This document shows, one piece after another, positions 54,406 through 64,000 of a stretch of 64,000 nt of DNA; the first letter of the stretch is position 1, and each line of letters opens with the position of its first letter. Below the pieces are notes generated by a model. It searched no databases. It was not told where the DNA came from and worked only from the letters and a program-made list of their open reading frames with translations. The DNA lies in NCBI GenBank assembly GCA_951406725.2, contig OX597817.1, positions 141,546,001-141,610,000 of the forward strand, read 5' to 3'. The DNA comes from Octopus vulgaris (taxonomy: Eukaryota). The position numbers and the translations under genes were made by a program.

Positions 54406-57400
54406 AAACAATTATGCATTAATATCGTAAGGAATATTGTTTTGCCTTAAATTATGTCTTCTTCTGATACGATGTAAAATGATGACTGAAAAAATAGAGT
54501 TCAGAAATGGTTTGTAACATTATATCAAAAACTTTCTCGTAATACAAATTATTTTAAGACGCAATGAAATTCCATTCATTATATATTTTATGCCGTTTGA
54601 TATGACGCTGTGTTTATTCAATGATGTCTAATTTTTATGTTTGAATCAATTGTTATATGGTAAAAAATATTTGTTGCAATACAAATTACTGTTGAACACT
54701 AGGAAATTGCATTACGTGTTTTAACAAATATGATGCTGTGTTCTGATCAGTGATGTTTTATTCTTTCCTGTCTTCACGCTATCAGATATTATTTCTTTGG
54801 TATGCTGCACCGACGAACTCCCAGAATAATAAGGCGTGCAATACGCTACTAGCAAAACGTGTTGGTATTACACAATATCCTATACAACATATTAACATTA
54901 TCTACTGTGTATCTACCGTCTATAATAAATGACAAGTTATATTATTTTGCTGTGAAACACTGCAAAATGAAATGCTTAATAGTCAGTTATTTTGAGACAC
55001 AATAAATCCTCATGTAATAATATTGATCAAGTTGCGCTAGACGTTATTGTTCTCCGCCGAACAATATATCTCAGATTATCTATAATATATAAATAATATA
55101 ACGGCATGAACATGAAATATCTATATGTGGATATTTGTAATGTTTTCTTCCATAAATGTCAAACAGCAGCATTTAAATACTTTCCAATGGTTACAAATTA
55201 CTGCTATGTATGCAATTAAAGACAAGGACACCTTGTAGTGTGTTGTGTATGTATTTTATCAGGAATATTCCGGTAGTTGTCTATGAAATATAGTAGCTGA
55301 CACAATGTCATATGTCATATTTTATATATATCAATAAAAAATTATTGGATAAAATAGGAATGATTACGAATAAGGAAAAGAAACTTCGGCTTACACTGTT
55401 TTGAATTTATATCTACGCCATAATAAATACTTGAAACTGTACAAACATATTGAAAAATGATTACATTTTCCCGATTTACAACAATTATTGTATTTTCTTT
55501 TATATCATAAGAAGATTTCAATATTTTCACAAAGAATTACTCTGACAGCAGGTAATCTATTCTTCATTTTAATATTACGTGGCCAATTTACAGAATAAAT
55601 TTGAAAGAGTTGAGTGTATAAAACAAACTGTAATTGATGTTTTTATATATTAATATATGACACAGACATATGTGATGATACAGTAAAATTATAATATATG
55701 TCATAACTTTATTTATGTTAAGTAAGTCATCTAATGAAAATGGAAACTACATAAGTTCAAATTAAGAACTTATTCACTTCTTCAATAAGTAAAAATTTAG
55801 CCATCACATTACTTCTAATGATAACATACATGTTAATATTTGTATTCTGACAAATATATGAAATACAATTTTATTGGACGTCACGAAGCATATTTGCCAA
55901 ACAATTTTTCTTGGAATTTATATTTAAAGAACTTAGAGCATATCTTTATATTTAAACTACCTCAATTTTAAAGCAAAATATGACGTTTTACCACAGTCAA
56001 TTATGAAAAATCACGTGGTCGTTAACATTGTTGTTATTTAACCCCAGGTCATCTTCGACTAATGATTCTCCAGCTTTGACCATTCCGTTAATGTCAAGTA
56101 TCTTACTGTATCTAATGATCCTTCATTTTCGAATGTGGTAAAATGTGATTTGAGAGAAATGTGATGGCCATGTTTAACAAATCTAGAAACCAGATAATAG
56201 CTTCTTCATTGGTTCCTGCGTTCTTTTTTTATATATATAAATGAGCAATGATGCGCAATCAGCTTGAAGAAGAATACTAACTTTAAAAACACATTTTTCT
56301 CTTTCTCTGCAAAACCAAACACTTTCGGCTAATTAGGCTATACTATAAAAATTGGAAACACATTTAAAAATCATTGATATATTGATTGCGGTTTGGAAAT
56401 TATGTCTAATGCTGCGTGGCTGCATACACTGCGCTGCTATCTGCTTCAGCGTAATAAGGAGTTTAGTAACATAGTTATCATGGAACATAGCTGGCATTTA
56501 AATAAAGGTGGATTTAATTACATTGTAATCAGACAAAAATTTAGCTTGAATGCCACGGGAAATATCCATTGCTGTAATTCAAAGCAGGCCTGGACAGGAA
56601 TATGAATTATTAGAAAGAAAATTGAATTATCTTATGAGATTAGTAACGATTGACACATGAACAAAATGAAATTTAAACTTTAAAAATATGTTTGTATCCG
56701 TTTTATTTAAATATTCATTGATCAGGTTGTTTGATGTTATTTAGGAAAAGCAAATAATAATCGATAAATTTATTAATCATAAATAAAAATTCAGTATCTC
56801 TAAATTAATTAATTGGAACAACTCATAATTCTCAATAAAATTTCTCTGACATGGAAAATTAGAAAAGTGGAAGGTGAATGGCGAATAATTCCGAGAGATT
56901 AAATAAAGTTTTGTCAAAGAACTACGATATAATATATGATATAAAACAAAATTTGATTTGATCCAACAACAGCAAATTGCAGTTAAATATGGGGTATTCA
57001 TACACTCATGCTAACATTACCCATAAAGGCTTCATTCTTTGTCGTATGTTAGAAACGATGATGTAATGGTACATTAGCAAGAAATTATAAATATATTGGA
57101 ATATGCATAATTAATGTTATCTAATAAAATATTTTAAATTCTGTGAACTGGAGAGCATAGACGCAGCATGAGCGTAGTTCTTTTTAAAGTCCTTCTTGCC
57201 CTCATTTTCCTTTTATCGTGATTTTAAAGATTTTAATGGTTTTAAGATCTAGTGCGCATTACAACAGACGTTTATTTGTATGCTGATCCAGTGATAAACT
57301 CCTTACTTTGTTTATAACACAAATAGGGAATATGTAAGCTTGTTCTGGGACTTACAAACGTGGCAAATTTAACAATGTCTCCGTATATTGAGAGGAATGG

Positions 57401-57998
57401 TAACCAGCTTCAAACGATCTTCGACTTTTGTTGCGGTCTTATCAGCTTTATCTACAACACTTTTCCAGTGGCTGAGAAACATGCAACCAATTTCTATTTA
57501 TGCATAACAAATCTTATGGCTTCAGAGAAATGCAGCTACTAAATTGCATACTATAAGAGTTTATCTTTCTATCTAATATCAAGGGCCTATCAACGGGGAT
57601 CTAAATCCACACTGTATCACGGGATGACATTATATATGTAAATCTACGCCGGTGACATACAAGCATGTCACATTTATTTCTCGGGAGATTGAAAAAGGTT
57701 GAGAAACAGTTTTAACTTATTTCCAGAATCCATTGGGGGTCTTATCTGAGGTTGCTACATGTTTAATGCTTAACTTCCGAGGTCTTATTATTTCGTTACT
57801 CATACACAAGGAGAGAAAGGCATTAGGGAAGGCAATGCTTAATATGCATCATCCATTGAATCCTTTCAATTGCCTTTATCAATAAAAGAACAGAAATCGA
57901 TTGGTTTCGATTGGAAGTCAAACAACATTGTGTATAAAATGGAGTCATAATAGGTTTGCTCGTCTTGCTAAAAATATCAGCTAAATTTCTTTCTTCAG

Positions 57999-58080
57999 TA
58001 AAGACTGCTTTCACTTATGTAGTTCCGTCGACAGGGGATAACTCAATGGTCGTAGTTGCAGCAACAATGATCATATGTAG
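57999..58080 (+). CDS. Candidate internal coding exon (82 nt), unknown gene
   Basis: Acceptor ctaaatttctttcttcAG, donor AG|GTGAGT, open frame KTAFTYVVPSTGDNSMVVVAATMIIC. No homology recognised. Confidence 0.25.
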
Positions 58081-59425
58081 GTGAGTCCGGTTTGTAGGGA
58101 TCCGAGGGAGCTCGGATCCCTGTTAAATAACAACAGAATCAATGACAGCAAAAATGCAACAACAAATCGTCTCGGTAACGGCGAGAACGATTGCAATAAC
58201 GAATGTCGTCGATGACTCACTATATTACTACCATTCCTGTCATCTTTTCATGCTTTGAGGGATTTCTTGCTGCGATCTCTAACAGAGCACATTGCTACAC
58301 AAAAGTTCTTTTATTGACTCACACCATCAAGATATTTCCATCTGCAGATGTGTATTTAAGCGATGAATATGAATTCCTCGTTAAGCAAATCGTACAAAAA
58401 TATTTCAAGATAAACTTAACGTTTTAAATATCTAACTTATATGAACTTCTTTTGAAAACGCAAGGAACATGATTAATTAAATGTTTTGTATGCAGGTAAG
58501 GAGCTGGTAGTTTGTACACATTCCTAATAGCTATACAGCATACTTGTTAGCAAAGAATATTGCTTAAGATGAATACGAGCTTCTAGAAGCCTAAATGGCT
58601 TCAGACATGTAGCCAAAAATCAATTTATAAGTAAACTCCCACATGGACTGTGGAAAGTAGATTGAGCTTATTAATTTTGTCTCAATGCATACTGTTCGTG
58701 AATTACCTGTAAATGATTTAAGTGGTACACAAACCTGCAGTACGCCCCTTATTAATCAATGCACTTAACACCTGTCAGTTATAAATAATTTTACTTGTGT
58801 GAAATATACACTCAATAATATATATGTTCAATCTATTAAAATTTCTCACCTCATTTGAGTTTCGTTTAATTACCTACACAAATATGTCACTGGGAATGTT
58901 TATGAACATAATCTCGTAGGTGAACAATTTCATACAATACATATATTTTCTATTGTTTGCGTGGGAATCAGCATCAAGCTAAATTTTGTATTATTTAAAA
59001 CAATGATAGTTGCTGAACGAAAGTGTCTACATTATATGTGTCTCTAACACAGTTAAACAACATGGGCCATCTCATAATAATAGCGGCTGACAACTGATTT
59101 GGCTTGTCCCATATTCACAAATAAATCTGCGTTGTTTCTGTTTCTAGTTGACTCAAGTTGGTCACATGCTGTTATGAATTGTCTTTTTGGCGATTCTTCA
59201 TCGTGCTCTATAAAAAATAATAATACATATTTCATTCATATTTATTGTTACTGTATACATATCTATGACATTAAAATGTATTCTGCAAATAAATATGCAC
59301 GATTAGATCGTGTTAGCGTTTATTTTCTCCCATGTTAGAATTAAATATGTTGATAAGTATATTTTACTGTATTACAGTATATATCTTTTTTTTAAACTTT
59401 TATATTTCCAGTTTCCTCTGTTATA

Positions 59426-59840
59426 CGAGGGTGAGTCAAAAAGTAATGCCATTTTGTTTAGGACAGTTATAATTACCAACACAGGAACATGTATCATACA
59501 TCAAAATGGAGCTGGTCCTCTGTGGATCGCATCCTTTGGATCCTGTGGATCAACATAGTCACCGTTTCTCTCAATAGCAATGTTCCACTGTCGAACGAGA
59601 GCATGTATTCCTGCCCCTTAAAATTCTGTTGACTGTTCTTTGAGCTACTTCTTCACTACACTTTACACTTCCTAGTCACTGGACTATCCTCGTAACTGGA
59701 CTATCATTTCTTCAGCACCATGAAAGAGGGTTTGAGTGGCAAACATTATTACAGTGACGAGGAAGTGAAAATTGTAGTGAAGAAGTGGCTCAAAGAACAG
59801 TCAACAGAATTTTACGGGGCAGGAATACATGCTCTCAATC
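59426..59840 (-). mobile_element. mariner 3' end with TIR and fold-back duplication
   Basis: TA then TIR cgagggtgagtcaaaaagtaatgcc. Transposase C-terminus DYHFFSTMKEGLSGKHYYSDEEVKIVVKKWLKEQSTEFYGAGIHAL on plus, with an inverted copy continuing ..VRQWNIAIERNGDYV on minus. Confidence 0.9.
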
Positions 59841-60712
59841 TGATGTGGTCGATTTATTGTAATGAAATTTCAACATTTTTTTTCGTTTAACAATGATATA
59901 AACGTGCGTGATTTTAGAAATTTAAAATTGCGAAGTAGAAAACATATCTAAATAATAAAATGTTCATGAAATTCAATAATACCAAAAATGATCGGCGAAG
60001 GATATAAAAAACGTAGATCACCAAATGTTCGGTCATACTGAGTCAGGAGAGAGAACATAGGAAAAGAAGAGAGTTAAAAAGGGATTTTGTTACAGTTCCC
60101 GTCATCTGTCGTGATTTCTTTTTCCGTCGCGTACAGGGTTTTCTGCTTGTAACAGAGTGTTTTGGAATCAATGCATTTATAACTTTTTCTGTGAACGGAT
60201 CAAATTTTTGATTCGTTATAATTCTGTTGACGTCTGATTCTTTCTGATGGTCAAGTTTGGCGTTCTGCCTGGTTAACTTCATCAACCTTGTTGATTCTTT
60301 TAAAGCGATACTTTGTTTTTGTGGGTTTTTTTCCCTGGAGGTCCAGTTCTGATCGGAGGTAGGATTTCATTGGTCTAGAGATGGGTTACATCAGCAACTG
60401 GTGTTTATATGTTGTCATTGTGCGGAGATTTGGAGTTGTAGTTTCGGAACCCAAGAAAAAGACGGCTACGAAAGTTTTTCGAATTATGTCTGTTGCATCT
60501 GGTTGTTTTTTTCACAGAGAAATTGAGTTTTATCTTCTTTTTAGTGTTTTTCTTCTTTCTAAAGGACATTTACCCGTGGTTTATGTTTTTTAATGCGTAT
60601 GCTTTCCTTATTCAATCGGATTTGCGAAGAAGTAGTTCTGGTGCATTGATAGAGAGGGAAGATTTAGTATCTCAGGTTTACGCTTGCATAAATTCTCTCT
60701 TTCTCTCTCTCC

Positions 60713-60768
<56 letters not shown>

Positions 60769-60792
60769 ATAGAACTCCGATAAAACAGATAC

Positions 60793-61190
60793 GTTTCGAT
60801 CAAAGATTGGTCCAGGCCATGTCTAACTTAATAGCACCACCTGATTAGGTTGAAAGAGCTGGAAGTGTACACCTGGGAACCTGTTGGTTGAGATTGATGG
60901 AAGAGGGCTGCTCAACACTGGGAGAAGCAGATCGTCATAACGTCTCCCAGTCCTGTGTTAGGTGACGCAGAGAGATCAAGGATTCGGCTCCACCGAAGTA
61001 CACACAGTACACGATCCCATGGCCGGTCGAGATGACTCTTGAAATATCCCGTAACCCAGATCACCGCCTACCATCTGTAACAGTGACGCAAAAGCTGCTT
61101 AATCACTGTCCAAGTGCTTCACGACGATTCAATTGCCCTATACAGAGGCAGCACCGACCACTTGTCCTCACTTTCCGTCACTAAGAAACA
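60793..61190 (-). mobile_element. Putative non-autonomous element carrying the CR1-type LINE 3' tail
   Basis: 60793-60849 is the reverse complement of 41171-41226; the upstream ~340 bp is unrelated, GC-richer and has no recognisable ORF. Confidence 0.55.
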
Positions 61191-61242
61191 TGCAATAGAC
61201 AGGAAGATTGCTTACAACTGAAATTGAGTATGATGAAGATGA

Positions 61243-61605
61243 TCATCGTTTTAATGTCCACTTGCCCAAACTTGCATAGTTCGGAGGGAATTTGTTGAGG
61301 AGGATTTCTACGACCAGGCCCTTTCCTGTTTCCAATCACCACCTATTCCCAAAGTAAATAATATTTCCCCCATGAATAGATATGTTTTACTGAAAAACTG
61401 GAAACGAAGGACACCACTTGCATGACGGTGGCACTCGTTTACAACTAATCACAGAATGTCAAGTGAAAGAGACAAACAAACCTAAATATACATATATATA
61501 CAACGAACTTCTTTCTTTTTGTTTACACCTGCCTAATCCACTTAAAAGGATTTGGTCGGCCCAAAACCAAAGGTGCCGTGCAATAGGACTGAACTCCGAG
61601 CCTGA
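61243..61605 (-). mobile_element. Old SINE: family A-like head with a different tail
   Basis: aatccac...ttggtcggccc...aaggtgccgtgcaataggactgaac (A head) joined to a tail ending catcgttttaatgtcc. Confidence 0.6.
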
Positions 61606-61854
61606 GCTGCAAAGACAATATCTATATTTCAGCATTTAAGTTTATCGCAAGGATTTTGATATTTCATATTTAAAGAGATATTTTGGTTCTTAATCCATCA
61701 ATACTGTAATAGATAAAACCAGTAATACAACATTTCTCATGGGTAAAATTTATTATATCTAAAGAGATAAAAGCAAAACCTGGTTTCGTGCCAATTGCTG
61801 CACCGAATTCTTTAGAAACAATAGCACGCTTAAAGTTTCCATTTATCTATTTTT

Positions 61855-62220
61855 CCTTGCTCACTATTTCTGGCAGTGCCCTGGGGATAGATTCTTCAGT
61901 CCCGTCCTCCATAGGTTTCGATCAGAAGAAAACCCATTGCACTTTCCGTTTAGATTCCCAAGTGTAACTAAATGAGATTATAAATATTATCAAACCATTT
62001 CTTTCTAGATCTACCATCAGTTCTGCTAGTTGTCTCGGTTTGAAGAATCTGTATAGCGGTCCTTTCCTGTGACATTCTAACTACATGTCCGTAAAACCAG
62101 AGCCGTGGCCTCTCAATGCGGCGGCTCCATCTGGAGAGAGACTCTGATCTTCGATCTATCCAAACTGTAAAGTAACGTCACTTCAGAGGAGTTTACGGGG
62201 AACCCCGTGTTGGCCGTTAG
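61855..62220 (-). mobile_element. RTE-type LINE C-terminal remnant
   Basis: Minus translation RRIERPRLWFYGHVVRMSQERTAIQILQ (cf. RLRWxGHVxRM). Confidence 0.75.
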
Positions 62221-63064
62221 TACTCATTCGATTATTAAGCAACATTTATGACCAAGCTTGAGAACAGATACGAAAATTGATTTGAAAATAAGAAGTGCAA
62301 ACTAGATAAATACCGCAAATCATTTGTACATTGCTCTAATGCTATTAGAGTGCTAATTCTAGCACATCAAAAGAATGTACAGAGCAGAAGTTTTTAACCG
62401 GGAATATTCATACTCCGAGCGAATGATACTAAAAGGCAGGGCATTTAAAACTTGATCTCTGGTATCTTTATTTAACGCTTCTTTTGAAAGTTGATAAAAG
62501 TAGACATATGTAGGAAAGCTGCGATTTTCCTTTAACTGTTATAAAATTTGGTTTCTTTATTTTCTTTCTCCTCTTTTCGCATTCATCTAAAAAGAAAGTA
62601 ACAGATTTGGCTATTTTCTTTTTTTTTTCTTTACCAGGCTCTCGTCTTTTAAGTATCGAATGCTGAGCTGGTGCATTACTATACCAGTACCTACAATTCT
62701 TGCAGCCAATTAATGTTTCACTAACATAAACAAAAGCAGTCAAGTATTTCATGTAGACTTGTAGTTTCACCTAATCCAATAGCATCGTTGGTACATTTAT
62801 TGTTTCACCTCATCAAATATATGTAATGCTATGTGTGGCATGTAGAGTTATATCATATTGAGCCGGTCCATAAACAGCATAAAAGTAAACGATTAAATGA
62901 AATAAACTAACGCTGTACAGACAACATGTTATACGATTGTAATAAAACAGATATAAAATGCTTGTATCGTACGAGTTAAATAACAAAACGAGGGATTGCT
63001 GATGGGAATAATCTGATTTAACTTACAGGATAAGAAATAAACCTTCTGGATTTTATAGGATGTA

Positions 63065-63131
<67 letters not shown>

Positions 63132-63170
63132 GTATGTATATATATATATGTACATACATATGTATTTATG

Positions 63171-63214
<44 letters not shown>

Positions 63215-63266
63215 TTTGTACATACATATGTATATATGTATGTAAATATGTATATGCGTATATATG

Positions 63267-63309
<43 letters not shown>

Positions 63310-63329
63310 GTATGTACATATATATATAT

Positions 63330-63398
<69 letters not shown>

Positions 63399-64000
63399 TA
63401 CATATATACATATATGTGTTTGTGTGTGTGAATGTGTGTGTGTGTGTGTATATATATATATGTGTGTGTGTGTATGCATATATGTATGTATACATGCATG
63501 CATGTATGTAGCTAACGGTTTAATAAAAGCAATAAGCATCTACGAATGGTTGCCAGAAATATATAACCAGAAAGGCGCAGACGAACACATACAATCATAA
63601 TTTACATACACATTGATACACACACACATAAACACCCACACCCACACACATATAGATATACATGTGTGTATAATGTAAGAGTTGGTTTCAATAGTTTGTC
63701 TCCTGCAAGTCTGTGTTTGCTGTAAAGATTACATAAACTGGAAGCGCTGTTTACAAAAATGCGATTTGATAATCGCCACAGGACTTTTATCAAGTGTTCC
63801 TTCTTTATGATAAGCATATAGTTAAATGCAGGCTACCATACGTGAGATGTTCGGGTGAAAATATCTGATGTTTGCTGGAAAATTTATTCATCAACAGATA
63901 AATAAAGTTACTGTTTAAAATATATTTTCATGGAAGGAGTAAAGAAGAAAAATTCTGAAACTCGACTAGACCAAAATTTTAATTCGTAATGAAGACATCA

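Noticed and set aside
57580-57711. Possible hAT-type MITE (ends caagggcctatcaac / ggttgagaaacagtt)
   Set aside because: TIRs too degenerate and no 8-bp TSD visible.
60043-60285. 80-aa basic minus-strand ORF
   Set aside because: No motif, splice signals or homology recognised; length is within chance expectation.

Overview
Eukaryotic, AT-rich, repeat-dense genomic DNA. The SINE families and (TA)n/(CA)n/(TAGA)n/(TAA)n microsatellite load look like an octopod cephalopod (Octopus-like); this is recognition from memory, not a database result. No intact protein-coding gene, rRNA, true tRNA or CRISPR array is supported, and almost all ORF-track entries are microsatellite or SINE translations. The window holds at least four modular tRNA-headed SINE families (A-D here) and a decayed RTE LINE with a 1092-bp tandem duplication and a TTAA-flanked piggyBac-like insertion. 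It also holds CR1-type LINE 3' ends, Tc1/mariner remnants with fold-back inversions, a non-autonomous Helitron, and a 4.4-4.5-kb near-identical duplication across a 100-N gap (probably an assembly or haplotype artefact). The most interesting signals cluster at 23.3-26.0 kb: a Penelope-like GIY-YIG 3' fragment with an intact-core type I hammerhead ribozyme downstream, and a separate ~190-nt palindrome made of two inverted hammerhead motifs. The 3' end of the RTE LINE also matches the tail of SINE family A, suggesting a LINE-SINE partnership. Boundaries were read by eye and may be off by a few bases, more for degraded copies.
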